A stretch of DNA of 64,000 bases from the human T2T-CHM13v2.0 reference genome, Homo sapiens (GCF_009914755.1 NC_060930.1), one strand, 5' to 3'; counted from the first letter of the stretch, positions 26,593 to 40,685 are shown. A program made the numbers and translations. Notes: generated by a model from the letters alone, not told the origin.

Positions 26593-27191
26593 ACACGAAA
26601 TTTTAGAACAGGCTAAAGACTTGAACGGAAGGAATACCAGCATGTAAAATCAGCATGTAAAAAAATACTCAACATCATTTGTCCAGAGAAACTGCAAATT
26701 GAAACAAGGATCTATCAGTACATGGCTATTAGATGGTTAAAAAAAAATCGACAATAGGAATAGCTCGTGAATATTCAGAGCAACAGGAACTCTTATTCAT
26801 TGCAGGTGAGAATGCAAATTGATTCAGACACTTTTAGAAGACTGATAATTTCTAACAAAACTAAACACATTCTTACCCTGTGAAATAAGAATTGCACACT
26901 AGGTAGATGTAGAACTGACTAAAATCTTATGTTAACAGAAACAAAGAAAAAAACAACATGTGATTGTTTATGGCAGATAATTACCAAAACTTAGAAGCAA
27001 ACAAGACTCCATTTAATTAGGTAAATGGACAAACCATGGTCCATACATACAATGGAAATAATATTCAGAAATAAAAATAATGGGTATAGGAAGAAAAACC
27101 CCCAAACAAATATATAATACTATGAAATATAACAAAAGTCAGAGAATAGTGTATTAACCAGCAAACTCAATAAATGATAATAATGTAATCA

Positions 27192-27463
27192 GGCCAGGCG
27201 CAGTGGCTCATGCCTGTAATCCTAGCACTCTGGGAGGCCGAGGCCAGTGAATCACTTGAGGTCAGGAGTTCAAGACCAGCCTGGCCAACATAACAAAACC
27301 CTGTCTCTACTAAAAATACAAATAGTAGCTGGGTGTGATGGCACGTGCCTGTAATCCCAGCTACTCGGGAGGCTGAGCCAGGAGAATCGCTTGAACCTGG
27401 GAGGTGGAGGTTGCAGTGAGCCAAGGCCACAACACAGAGTGAGAGTATGTCTCAAGAAAAGAA
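27192..27463 (+). mobile_element. AluSx-like with small right-arm deletion
   Basis: Alu sequence; TSD aataatgtaatca (27179-27191, 27464-27476). Confidence 0.95.
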
Positions 27464-27679
27464 AATAATGTAATCAACTAAGATTTGGAAGGAAAATTAT
27501 TTAATGCATTTACTGCAAAAAATTACTGCAATTGTACTTTTAGTAAAGTATAGTAGAGAAACAGACACCAGATTCCTGAAGTTCGATAGAAAACAAAGAA
27601 AGTACCAACTGTAGTAGATGCTCTAATGTACCAATCAGATCCACAATCACAAGAGAAAGGGGAGTTACTCTCCCACCTC

Positions 27680-28053
27680 TTGGTAGTGTTGACGAAAAAG
27701 CCTTCAGACAGACCCTGAAGGCTTTCAGATATTAAACTTCTTTGAGGATTTCCTCCACAGAAGAAAACTACCTTGCCCAAGTTCTCCATACAATCTATAT
27801 CTAGTGACTGATCAATGTGAGGTATAATGCCAGATAGTTGCTCAAACTGTGTCGACTCTGTAACTGTATCCCAGCTGCAGTGATTTCCATGAAGTTGGCT
27901 GAGAGCTTCATCATAGTTTACTCTCTCTTTCCGCCATATTCTACTATCATCCTCTGTCTTTCACAGATGTTAATCTCAAGAGCACTCCCTCATAGACATT
28001 AAACTCTAACTTTTGTTTCTTAGACTGCTTTCCAGGGAACTCAACCTGTGAAA
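27680..28053 (+). mobile_element. LTR16A-like 5' LTR
   Basis: tcacagatgttaatctcaagagcactccct ... tccagggaactcaacctgtgaaa; similar to 33000-33180. Confidence 0.7.
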
Positions 28054-31000
28054 GTTATTGTCAGCAGTGATATGTAAGATGGGCTTTTGAAGCAGATCAC
28101 CTGATGTAGTTGTAAATGAAGACCTCTTCATTGGTGGTAGATGAGGCACAAATAATCCTCAGTAAAATGTAGCAGTGAAATTGCTAAATGAACTGTTTTC
28201 TCTTGTATACAAAGGGAAACGCATTTGCTCATTTGATGTTTCAGGTACTTGAAAACTATGGAGGAAATAATTACTACATAGATAGTAGAATTGACTCATG
28301 CTGAACTTACTTGATGCTCTGGTAAAGGAATCAAAAACTGGGAGCTATTAACTCAATTAAAAGCTATATATAAAAATCAGAGGATTATCTTGGTAGCATG
28401 AAAAGAGGCTCTCATCTCCTGCAGTAGGAGGACATGTTTCAGCAGATTCACAAAAGGTTAAACTCTCAAGGGAGGGAGATAAGTAATAGCCAGGTCAGGG
28501 TCTTAGTTGAGAAAAAAATAAAAACATAGCTCTAGATATTTTAATTAAGGCACCCCCAAATCTTTTAAGTCCCACAATTCCCTGGATCCTGGGAGTCCTT
28601 TAAATTTCTCAACTATTTGATAGCGGAATTAATGCTCTCGACTTGATTCAAGACTATACAGAGATTTCTCCCCTAACTGACTACACGTACTCCACGTCCT
28701 ATCCTACTAGGACAGTATGAAAAGTCACAAAATACCAAGCTAGGGACTTTCTAAGCTTACTAACAAGGAGATAACCTTTTCCCAGTGGAGCTATAAGACA
28801 TAGACATGTACAAGCAGATGCTAAAGGAGTAGTGACAGATCAAGAGAAGTTGGGACATCCACTTGAGTAAGAGTATTTTTCAATATGGAAGCCCTCTTTC
28901 TGGATACAGAATTTAATGCCTTGACCAGTTTCCAAAATAATGGTTCCAACATGCTGCTAGAAAGGCACCTAGAAACATGAGATGCAATGCCCCTACACCA
29001 ATGAGATAGAATTGACATAGCAAATGGTGGAAGAAGGTATTAAAAGCAAAGAAGTGATCATGTCTGAGCAGACACATTAAGCTGAAAACTCACCATATGG
29101 TTTATGTCATGAAAAGTCTTGAATGTTGTATCATCATACCATTTCTAACGTGATAAGAAATGTCCTGGTGAGGATAAAGCAGCATCACTAAGAAGTTTAG
29201 TAGTGGTTCTCCTTGGTAGTCCAGGGATGACCGTAAGATAATTTGTCTGAGAACTGAGCTTAGCAATGGGAATCATGCTACCAAAACAACCCCAAATCAA
29301 ACCAAAACAAAACAAAAAAAACAAAAAGCCCAAAAACAACAACAAATAACAAACAAACAAAAAAAAAAAACAGAGTCCAGGTGATGATGCTCAACTATTA
29401 GACATCAAGTATACAGAATTATTGTAATAAGAAGTAAAGTCCAAGGGGCGCCAAGGAGAGTGGGCATTTAGAAAGCTAAACACATAAAAATCCCTAGACT
29501 CAGAAGAGTATTGCTCAATCTGCACAATAAGGAATTACTAAGGATGGGTAGGCAACAAGCTGAGGGCAATGTTCCTAATAGAGACTCATAAGCCATTATC
29601 CTGTTTGTAGACTTGATCCAATTTTATAACTGGACCACATTGAATGAGAGGCCAGGTCTTTAGGAGTAAGGATCCTAAAATACTGTGGCAGTGTACATAA
29701 TATTGATTCTCTAATAATTCCCTAAAACAACTTCCCACTAATGATTTGGGTAACTGACCATTTGGAAAAATGATTATTCAAGTATTGTAAAACTTTTTGG
29801 ACACAGTGTTCTATTTGATATTTATACCTGGAGATCAGAAGATTACTATGGGCCCTGTTAGAGTGGAGGTATATGGAAGTCAGGTAATAAACGGAGTCCA
29901 GGCCAAGGTTCAAGTCACAGTGGGTCCACTGAATGTGTAGGTTCACCTACTAGTCATTTTCCCAATCCCCAAATGTATTATTGAAATAGACATATTTGGC
30001 AGTTACAGTGGGTCATAGACATTCTTAGTGAGTGGGAATCTCTAAAATTCTCTCTCCCAACTACTGGCCAAATAATATCATACTCCAAGCAGAATGGTAA
30101 AAAATTAGCACCACCCATAAAGACCTAAAGAATGCTGGCAAAATGATCCACTTTATTTTATATTTTTTACTTTATCAGTTTGCCCTACAAAAATCACACA
30201 GATCCTGAAGGCCTGTTTGTGTTTGCAAGGACACAGAGGATGATGACTGCAAACCCAACCAAGAAGTAGCATTGATTACTGCCTCTGTGCTAAATATGGT
30301 ATCCTTGCTACAACCGATTAATACCTTCTCAAGTACATGGTATGTGGCTACTGATATGATGAATGCATTTTTCTATGCTGTTAGAAGAGGATCAGCAATC
30401 CTTCACCTTCCCTTGAAATGAAGGACTGTGTGTATTCCAAAATTTTTCTTTAGGCTATTTTAACCTTCTTTCCTTCTTTTGTAATAGAATCTTATCATAT
30501 CTGGATACTTGAAACATCCCACAGAACATCAAGTGGTCTGCTATATTAAAGACATAATGCAGAGCAAAAAAGACTAGCACACTAGAAGTCTTGGTAAGAC
30601 ACAAGTATTGCAGATATTTGGCTATAAACCTTATAAAATGCTATGGTTTGAATGTGTCCCCAAAGTTCATATGTTGGAAACTTGACCCCCAATGTGGTAG
30701 TGTTGGGAGGTATAGCCTAATGGAAGGTGGTTGAGTCACGAGGGCACTGGCTTCTTGAGTGGATTAATACCACCATTGTAAGAGAGGGTTTGTTATCACT
30801 GGAGGGGGTTTCTCATAGAATAACATATTCAGTCCCCTCTTCCTTTCTCTCCTAGCTTAAGTGTACCATTCTGCCCTTCATCATGGGATAATGCAGCAAG
30901 AAAACGCTGGCCAGATTTTTGACCCCTATTCTTGTACTTCCCAGCCTTCAAAATTTAATCGAAAAAATTTCTGTTTATTTTAAATTACCCAGTCTGTGGT

Positions 31001-32588
31001 ATTCTGATCTAGTAGCACAAAATTGACTAATACATAAATATTTAAAGACCTCGCATAATAGAAATTTTTTTTTAAGAAATTCAGTAGTCTGAGGCATACA
31101 CAGACATCCCTTCCATAGTAAAGAACAAATAATTGCATTTTGCACCTCCCACACAATTCCAGACACAATACTGTCTGGAAGGGTTATTTTGGTTATGGAA
31201 GTAGTATATTTCACACCTGGGAAAACCAGGTCAAAAAACATACCAATCCATATGTAAAAAAAAAAAAAATCTACTAGCTTTAGTAGGGTGCAGTGTAGAA
31301 GTCCTTGGTTATGTCTGACCTGCCAAGTTTTAAGGTCAGATAGACCTAGCACAACCACTTATAAAATGGAAGCACCATATCCATGATCAGAGGGCACAGG
31401 CAAGCTACACAGTGGGCAGTTCAAAACCCTGTGTCATACACCATTGTTGCATCAGTATCTCTTCCTCACACCTGCATGGGAAATTCTTTATGACTCTGAA
31501 GGAAGAGAAAAAAGACCAAATTTGGTTGATTAATAAGTCAGATTAGTATGTAGGTACAGGCCAAATATGGACAGCTATTAAACTAGAGTTTTACTCAGGG
31601 AAGTCTTGAAAGACAGTTAAAAAAAATCATCCAATGGGCAGAGCTTTGTCTTGCGCACCTGTTTATCCAGTGTGTGACAAAGGAAGTGATTCAAGGTTAA
31701 AGTATACATGGATTCATTAGAAAATCAGGGTCATGAAAATATGAGGTACAGGCAGGTGGTTGGACATATGGGAGTGAGTATACATGAGGACATTTGTATT
31801 GCACGGTAACATGCAATGTATATCTTAAACTTTTAAAAAAAAATATATGGTACACTGTCTCTAGTAGGTACACTATTTTGCTCCTGTAAACAGGGGCTGA
31901 AAGCAGAAGTGGTTCCACTTACCATCACTGCCAATAAATCAATTGGAGAATTTATGCTTCCCATTTAGGCTCCATGAGTTCAGAAGTTCTGGTTCTCAAA
32001 GAGAGAACATGTCCACCAAAAGCACTGCAAGAATCCCATTGAATTACAAGTCATAGCTGCCACTTGAGATTTTGGGATTTTCATGACAGAAAATCAGCAG
32101 GGAAGAAGAGTCAACATCTTGGTATCAGTAATTAAGGTGATAGAGAGGCAACTGAAAACATGGATGACGTTACACAGTGGAAGCAGAAAAAATAGGTTTG
32201 GTATATAGACAATTCACTTGTGTACTTCTTGGTGCTCTCTTGCCCATTTGACAGTAAGTGAACAAGTGTGGACACCCTGTTTGAGAAGGGTACTGTGGCA
32301 AAGGGTACAGATAATTTAAGGATGAGAATTTGAATCACACTACGAAGAAGACCATTAAGACCAGTAGGGGTGCTACCTGAGGATGAGGCAAATGTAGAAT
32401 GGATAGTAGTTAAGAAAGTGGATGAATATAATTTGAAGTCTTGTGACCAGTAACAGTAGCTGGGACTGTAGTTCATCCTGCTCATCTTCCTTTTCTGATT
32501 CTTTCAGGAAGAGAAGCACTCTGGAATCCTAGAAGAACTACTTAAACTCCTGCAGAAGGAAGTGGATCTTAGCAACATAAGAATCAAC
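28054..32588 (+). mobile_element. Degenerate ERVL internal region (ERV3-16A3-like)
   Basis: 30299-30376 translates VSLLQPINTFSSTWYVATDMMNAFFY (ERVL RT motif ...TWYAAIDLANAFF); decayed protease motif near 29795-29840; flanked by LTR16A-like LTRs. Confidence 0.85.
30639..31034 (+). mobile_element. MSTB/MSTC MaLR solo LTR nested in ERVL pol
   Basis: tgctatggtttgaatgtgtccccaaagttcatatgttggaaact ... aattgactaataca; TSD taaaa/taaat. Confidence 0.9.
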
Positions 32589-33180
32589 TATGGTAGTACC
32601 TGTGATGCCCCCTCCTGAAAAAAGCCAGCACTAATTTGAAGTGACGAAGCACATAGGGCACAGAATTTAAGGAGATACACCCTCTCAAGGTCATATGAAT
32701 GAGCATTTCCTTGAATTTTTTCCTTAGGCACTTCAGACGATTCACCCTAGTCCCTGCTTGTTCCAGAATTGTCTTTCAAAATGGAAGATTTATCCCTTAG
32801 CTACTGGGAGTGTTGTTAGAAGAAAATCTTTATCTAAGCAATCCTTAGGATGGGCTTTGGTTGAAAAAGTGGCCATCCAAAAGTCATAACCGCTACCATT
32901 GGCAGCCCATAACCCAAAACTACTGATCAACTAAAAAATGTAAATGCCTGGCTTCCTCTCCCCAAATCAGGACAATTCTGTTGGGCCATCTCAACATCAA
33001 AGCTTACTGTGAGGTGGCTGAAAGCTTCACTGGGACTGCATCACAGCTCAACATTTTCTTCATCTTAATACTGCTTCCTTACCCTCTGCACATGTGTTCA
33101 TCACAAGAGAAATTTCTAATTACTTTCCTTTTCACTAACCTGTATTTCAGAGTCTACTTCTTGGAGGAAATCTTGTGAAA
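32589..33180 (+). mobile_element. LTR16A-like 3' LTR (contains MITE)
   Basis: Follows gaagtggatcttagc; ggctgaaagcttcactgggactgcatcacagctcaac ... cagagtctacttcttgg. Confidence 0.7.
32622..32760. mobile_element. MER96/MER91-like hAT-Tip100 MITE
   Basis: Quasi-palindromic tagggcacagaatttaaggag ... tccttgaattttttccttagg ... caccctagtccc. Confidence 0.65.
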
Positions 33181-35471
33181 CCAAAAATAAATAACAAATA
33201 CATTATGTTGTTCTGTTAATAATTTTCAGGAGTTTAAGGCGAAAAATATTATCACTCATCAAAACATCCTATGTACTAGATCCACTCAATCTTATTCATT
33301 GTAATTTTTCTTAAGTTTTGACTTGAATATTCTCATGTAATTTTTCCCTCACACTCTCCCCACCTCCCTTCCTCTCCTCTCTCCTCTCCTCCTCTCTCTC
33401 CCCCAGTTTCTCTTTTCCTCCCCCTTTCTTTTTTTTTTCTTTTTCTAAAGGTGGCTACATGGCTATATAGGCAGTTCTCAGATCAAAACAGTTACATTAT
33501 ACGTCTAACTACAATTCCATTACAGGTACAATCTACATTACTCGAGTGCCTGGACATACTCAGCCTTAATATTAAATATAAGAGCTATTTAATTTGCTAA
33601 ACTTGTAAGTCTCTAAGGACATATGAACTTATTCATGAAAATCCTCCTTATGAGGAGAATTCATCTTTTTCAGTCATATGTATGTAACAGTGATCTCTTG
33701 ACCTATTTCTTATGTCATTTTTATGCCCCATTTTTTCAAGGTTCTATGTACAGACAACACAAATATTAGCTAAAGTTGAATAGCTAGATGTAACTAAATT
33801 GACACCCTCCCTAGAATAAAACTAGTTAGAAAAAGATTTGCTCTCTAGACTGAATAATTAAGAAAATGCTCTACTTCTTTTAGGCTAAGCTAGCTTAGAG
33901 ATATGGCCATGGCTGGGAGCAGGTTTCTTGCTAGATTTCATGTACTGTGGCTAGAATGATTTGTTCAAATGCATACAGCACAGCATCAGAGTGTATCTGA
34001 TTCCTATTATCCCTTCTAAAAATTCTGCTTATAGACAGCCATAGAAGTTTATTGGATTATATCTGGGTGATAAAATATGGTTAGATGCATTCAAACAAAG
34101 CCTTCATTAATATTCTAGCAAGTCGCACCTGTGACTTTATGTGTGTCCAATTATGGAGACCTTTATAAAAATATATATTTATAGTGTGGTTGGAAGTCAG
34201 CTTTACCAAAAATCAATAATTTTTGTTCAAAAATTTTTTTTTGCCTATCACATTGTTTTGGAAATCAGATTTTTAAAAGACTGGGCTGTGAGGCTTAGTG
34301 TGATGTAGTTATTATTTAAACCATTCAGAAAAAAAAAAAACAAAAAAACTAATGTTGCTTCATGATTTTATTTCCCGTAGAAATCCCCCAGGAAAGATTG
34401 CAAAAAAGAACATGGATTCTAGTGAAAATATAAGCTCTTAGCTTTGTTAATCAACCAGAAAAAAATGAAAATGTTTCTGTTATAAAGCACAAAAACAGAT
34501 TTTCTGTCTATAAAAAATTTGCAGTCTAGACTCTGAAATTTTTAACTTGAAAGTTGTAACCATTATTTGAATTTTCTCCTGCTTTGCAATTAGTCATAGA
34601 TAGACTTACAGAATTGGAGGAGCTGAAGTTTGGCTTAGTTGACCATATGAAAAATTGGATATTCGCCAGTTGACACTCTGATTTATCCTGACATTTGAAA
34701 TGTTTATCCAAACCAAAATTATTTTTTAGCAGGTGCAGATATCCTTATTTACCAGATAAATGAGCTCTTCCTTTTCCCTTGTCTTTTATTATCCTTTAGC
34801 AAATATCTTTTAGGTTCTACCCATCTCTCTAATCAGTAGCTTGACAAGAGAAGAAAATCAGTAGATCTATGTATCATATGACAACACTTAAGGGCTCTGC
34901 CTGTGTTCATTACAGGGTGATTCCTGTTTATATTTCCAGCTGAGTTTGTGAAAGTCTGGCATGAGCAAAACTTTTACTGAGAGGTCTTACATCACAAGGA
35001 AATTGGCTTTCGCTTTATTCGGGATATATTTTTAAGAGAATCGCACTAATATTCTAAGCTTTGCGAAGGTTGAGACAGTGTTTAATTTGGTTGTTGTTTA
35101 CTTTTATCTCCTCAGTGCCTTGCACAGTGACATCCAGCAGACGCTCAGTAAATACATGACACTCAATGAATATATGCCTTCTTTTTATTTATCTTCAAAA
35201 GTTGAGTACTGCTTTAGAATTAGATTCATATTCCACTCTATTTTTTTCAGTCCCTCTATACATCATGTAGTTTTTGAGGTGTGGTCATATATATTTACTC
35301 TTTAAGTCTCCCTGAAATGCTTCAAAAGAAAGATATTCTTGAGTTTGAGATTAGACATAAGAACCACAGCAACAGTACGTTATGGCCTCAAGTGATCATA
35401 GTCAGGATACAAACTCAGGTTTTTATTAAATTAGTGCTCTGTGATCTTTCCATCAAACTGTAATGGTTTCT

Positions 35472-36018
35472 CTTTTTAATGTGCGAATTTTGTTTTTTTA
35501 ACATTTTTTAATTTTAATTTTTTGTAGTTACATAGTAGGTATATATATATTTATGGAGTACATGAGATGTTTTGATATAGGCATGTAATGCCTAATAATC
35601 TCATCACGGAGAATGGGTTATCTGCCTTCTCAAGCATTTATCCTTTGTGTTAGAAATAATCCCATTATATTATTTTAGTTATCTTAAAATGTATAATTAA
35701 ATTATTATTGACCGTAGTTATCCTATGTACTACCAATACTGTCTCATTTATTTAAACTATTTTTCTTTTACCCATTAATCATCCCCACCTCCTCCTCACT
35801 CCCACTGCCACTCCCAGTACCCTTCCCAGCCTCTGACAACCCTCCTTCTATTCTTTATCTCCATTAGTTCAATTGTTTTGATTTTTAGATCCCACAAAAT
35901 AAGTGAGAACATGTGATGTTTGTCTTTCTCTGCCTGGCTTATTTCATTTCACATAATGACTTCCAGTTCCATCCATGTTGTTGCAAATGAGGATCTCATT
36001 CTTTTTTGTGGCTGAATA
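35472..36018 (-). mobile_element. L1MA2/3-like 3' end
   Basis: Antisense L1MA 3'UTR; TSD tgtaatggtttct (35459-35471, 36019-36031). Confidence 0.9.
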
Positions 36019-36472
36019 TGTAATGGTTTCTGAAAGGAATATAGAGAGTCTAAAAGAGATATGAATCCACTATTTTATTTAACATTAAGGAAGTTATAGA
36101 ATGGCAATATTAAGGTAACAAAAGAGAAAACTTTGACGGAGTTAGGTTTTAAAAATAGGGAGAGGGAAATACAGATAGGACTAAAGGACTCAAAGTTAAA
36201 AGGTGTAAGAAATGAAGATCTTGGAATGACAATCTACCAGTAGGTGGAAAAGTTCAGAAAATATAGAATTGAAAGGTGGAAGCAAAATGCTAAAATGAAT
36301 ATTTGGCAAAATAATAGTTTAGAAAGAATTTGATTAAAATGCCTTGGAAATAACCTATGGTAGAAATAACTAGTTGTAATTTTCTCTTCTGTCTCACTCT
36401 GAGCAGCAAATGCTTTCAAGTTCTTCATTACGTCCACGGGTGATTCAGATGCCTATATAACCTCATGGTGGT

Positions 36473-36606
36473 TGTATTAGTCAGGGTTCTCTAGAGGGAC
36501 AGAACTAATAGGATATATAGATATCCTATTAGAAAATCAGGAAACCTATGTATCATATGACAACACTTAAGGGCTTACGTAGATATAAGATATATCTATA
36601 TTTATC

Positions 36607-36637
<31 letters not shown>

Positions 36638-37047
36638 CTATATAGAGATATCTCTAAAGAGGAGTTTATTAAGTATTAACTCACATGATCACAAGATCCC
36701 ATAATAGGACCTCTGCAAGCTGCGTATCAAGGAGAGCCAGTTTGAGTCTCAAAACTGAAGAACTTGGAGTCCTATGTCCAAGGGCAGGAAGCATCCAGCA
36801 GGGGAGAAAGATGTAGGCTGGGAGACTAGGCCGGTCTACTCTTTTCACATTTTTCTGCCTGCTTCATATTCTAGCTGTCATGGCAGCTGATTAGATGGTG
36901 CCCACCCAGATTAAGGGTGGGTCTGCCTTTCCCAGCCCACTGACTCAAATGTTAATCTCTTTTGGCAACACCCTCACAGACACACCCAGGATCAATACTT
37001 TACATCCTTCAATCCAATCAAGATGACACTCAGTATTAACCCTCACA
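36473..37047 (-). mobile_element. MLT2A1/2 (HERVL) solo LTR
   Basis: tgtattagtcagggttctctagagggacagaactaatagg ... ttcaatccaatcaagatgacactcagtattaaccctcaca; internal (TATC)n. Confidence 0.95.
36531..36575 (+). repeat. Direct copy of 34852-34896 inside MLT2A
   Basis: 30-bp exact core ctatgtatcatatgacaacacttaagggct plus shared agaaaatcag. Confidence 0.93.
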
Positions 37048-38871
37048 ATGTTATTGACAAGAGTCTTTAATGTGTGTTCTGGTTTTGGGGTTCTAAACTT
37101 CTGCCTGACTAAAAATTAATCTCTGCTTATGAGTGCTATAATTTCTCCCATGTCAACTGGTCTCTTACTAACTTTCTTTTCTACAGCATGTATAGTTTCA
37201 CCAGACTTACTGAACTCTTGGGTATTTTGATCATCTAACACTTCCCTTTTTTAGGGATCCCCATTCTCCTCTCATATAAGGCTACCACAGAACGTATTTT
37301 CTAGGGCCCTCCATCTTTTGATTCCCTAACTTGAGTTACACAGGCCAACATGGTCTCCATGTTACTATTTCACCCTATGTGTTAGACAACATGCCATGTA
37401 AGTACACTTTTACCCCTAATTTACTTTGGCAACTTTCAGATCTCAAATTCTGACTTTGCCATTGTCTAAGAGTTTAAATAAAACATAGGATAATCTGACT
37501 GACTTAAACCATATGATATTCCCACTTACCTAACTTTCTAAACAAAATAAAATAAGCACTCTGAGTATTTCTACCTCCAGCAGAGCCTCAGCTTTGTTGC
37601 AATGTGGTCATTTGGCTGAATGCTACACCTCCAATGTAGGAGAATGTCACAGCATTCAGTGGCTACATAAGGCACCGATGCATGATGGAGATACTAATAT
37701 TGGAGTCACGGGAAGTATGAGGACTCAGTAATAAATAACATTATGAGTATAAGAGATAGCATCAAATATCCAGTAACTCTACTTTTATCGTGGCCATTGA
37801 GGATACCATGTAGAATCTTGCTATAAATGTCTTTCCATTTTAGAATCTGATTCTACTTCAAACAATTTTTTTAAAATTTCTACTTCTAGGATTTGGCTGA
37901 CAAACCACCTTGTTGGTTTCACAGATTTAGGTTCTCCCATAGATAGAAGAACCTCTATATTGTTGCAATTTGGCTGGGGAGTCCCATTTTACAACTCTTG
38001 TCCTATTGTCACAGCAAGTTTAGAATGTATTTCAGATTTTTTTCATTTGAAATTAATAGACATTAATAACAAAGTACTTTTAATTAATAGTAAATCTGAG
38101 TTTTATAAACATCCATTTTGTCCTTTCAGCTTCTGCCTAGCGGTCTTGTCTACTAATGGGAGATACAAGTACACTGAACAAAGTTTTCAATTTTACAAAT
38201 GTCAAACCTGAAAGTATAAATTGCCCATTTTCCTTTTTCTCACCCTTTCTAGACACTACATTACTAACACCTCTCTTCCAAGAATAACATGAAAGAGTAT
38301 CACTCAAAATGGTTTGTGCTCAGATGTAAGCAGCTCAGCACTGCTAAGTCCTTCTATTGTCTAAGCTGGTGGGAAAAGCAATTTATGCTGTGGCTTCTGC
38401 AGGAAATATGTTGTACCAACCAGTGAGCACATGTCCCATGTCTTGGCCTTTAAAGTGTGTGCAGCCACCATGCCAACATTCAGCAGTCAGTGGGAAAAAT
38501 CAGGAATTATAGGTTAGGTGTGTATGAAATATGTTGATAAATAGGATTTCAGTAGTTCTGTCTTAGAACCTATAGAAAATATTCTGGATGCTGTTGCTAC
38601 AGAGATTTTGACTTTTACAAAATGCTGTAAGACTATTTATTTATTTTTAGCGATTGTAATGCTATTTTTAAATGTTATAACTTTTTAGGTAGTAATAAAT
38701 TTAAAATACAAAAGGGCATATTTAATGAAAAAATCACAAATTAACTTTGTCTCTTAAAACATATTAAAAATAAATGAATAACTGTCTTTAAATGTATGCT
38801 GACATTTATTATCCACCATTGGCACCAGAGTGACACCATTAATCACATAAAGCTCATAAAACACTCAATTT

Positions 38872-38942
38872 CACAATTTGTCTATGTAATAAACTTACTT
38901 ATGTAACCCTGAACCTAAAATAAGTATATATATATATATATA
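38872..38942 (+). mobile_element. Short L1PB/L1MA 3' terminus with (TA)n
   Basis: cacaatttgtctatgtaataaacttacttatgtaaccctgaacctaaaataa. Confidence 0.65.
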
Positions 38943-40685
38943 GCCAGGTATGACTATATGACTATGTTTAAAAAAAAGAAACAAAAAGACCATAAGAAAC
39001 AAAAATGCTGAAGCAATATTAGCATCTGATTCATATGTTAGAAATTATTTTAAAACAATTGCATTCAAAGATATGATTTAACATATCCAGCTACAGAAGT
39101 TGCATATAGGAAAAGTACCATGGTTCTAAATGACTTCTGCACATTTTTTATTAAAAGTTTTAAATACATTTTTATAATATGAAATGATGGCTTTTAAGGT
39201 ATTAGCTACAGAAACAGAAGAATACTTTTTCAAATAGTTAAATAATGTCAAAATTGTATAAGTATTATCAGGTAACTAAATAGAAAATTAGTAATTTCTA
39301 AGATAAGCTTGACTTTTATGTTTTAAGAGTTACTACAGTTGACATAAACTGCAGATATTATTGTGACTGCACTATTGCAAAAAAAGTTAAATTCAATACT
39401 GAAGATAAAATTGTCTTTATAGTGATTATATAAATACACATTTTATTAAAGCATATTGTTATGATAAAAGCAATAATCCTACTAAATTAAGAAGGTTTCA
39501 GAGCAGAAATATACTTAAAATTGATTACAGTAAACATATACATGTATAATTATATTCACATAGGCTTAAATAATCTATCAATTAAAGTCCAAGTTTACAG
39601 ATGTAAAACATTTAAAACATTATGTACATAAAGAAACTGAACTAAAGTATTTTGTGATATTTGATGTAAAATTTCATAAGTATATAAGTACATAATCAGT
39701 AAGACAGTATATCATTTATTGTTTTAGGACCATCTCTAAGATTATAGAAAAGTCTAGGCAGTTGAAAAACTACTTTGTATATTAACTTAAATGTCATTCA
39801 GCAGTATTGGATCTCATTAGATCTATCTAGGTTCCCTTTGTAACCCCACTATTTTTATCTACCGGGTACCTTATAAACTAATACTTAGATTTAATCATTG
39901 GTATCATTAGTCCTGGATTTCTCTACTTTTGAATCATGAGGATGTCAAAAGTAGTTAATTTAAAAGATGCTAACATTGCTGTCACCTAAGTTCAGTCTCT
40001 TGACTTTTAGCCAAGCCTCCTGGGTTCTCATGAGTCCTACACTACCATTAATGGCAAGAATTTAAGATTTTGCCATGAAAACCACAGAAAAAAATTATTG
40101 GTGGCCCCTTTTCTCAAAAGTCTTCCATATATTTATGTTGTAATTCTTATCCTCTACCCTCGGTGAAATAATCTTTAAGCATAGACCATTTCTCTTTAAA
40201 CATTGTACTCCTCTCATTCAAAGGGAGCATTGATCATAATCACATGAACAAGTTTCCATGTCTGGACTAGTAAACTAGATTTCCTCAAGGTAGTTACCCA
40301 AGTTATTTTTATAAAAATATGTCCCCTCCCTGACCAGAGCACTACAAGATAAGTGCACTGCTCTGAACAATGCCAAGGAGCGGTAATTATACAGATGTGA
40401 GGGTGATCTTGCCAAAGCATCTGGTACCCAATGATCCATAATGCTCCGTGTGTGTTCGTCTGGAACCACTCTGCTTAGTCAATGAGGACTAGACAATAAT
40501 ATATAAATTGCAATAACATACAAATTGTTTTTCTTCTAGAACTCCTAAGATTGAAAAATACACATAGACACAAAAGAAACTCTGATAACACACCCCCATT
40601 AGAATCCCCATGCTCAGCTGCACAACAGTTGATATTCCCCTCATTCAGCGTATTATCTCAGTGTGTCAGACATGATGAGCTTTAA

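Larger units (their letters stand above)
22900..27130 (+). mobile_element. Old L1M (L1MC/MD-like): 5' region, ORF1 and partial ORF2 relic with internal deletion; interrupted by THE1 LTR and AluJ
   Basis: A-rich sense strand with ORF1-like (attagtagactagatacagctgag) and ORF2-like segments (caagaaatccactttaaatataaagac; gacaaactgattctaagttttatatggaaa); multiple stops. Confidence 0.85.

Noticed and set aside
26638-26662. Micro tandem duplications (also about 45155-45180 and 52130-52155)
   Set aside because: Ordinary 13-15 bp slippage events
28054-32588. Possible domesticated ERVL gag/pol gene (also 10650-15900)
   Set aside because: No long sense-strand ORF; many stops, frameshifts and nested insertions
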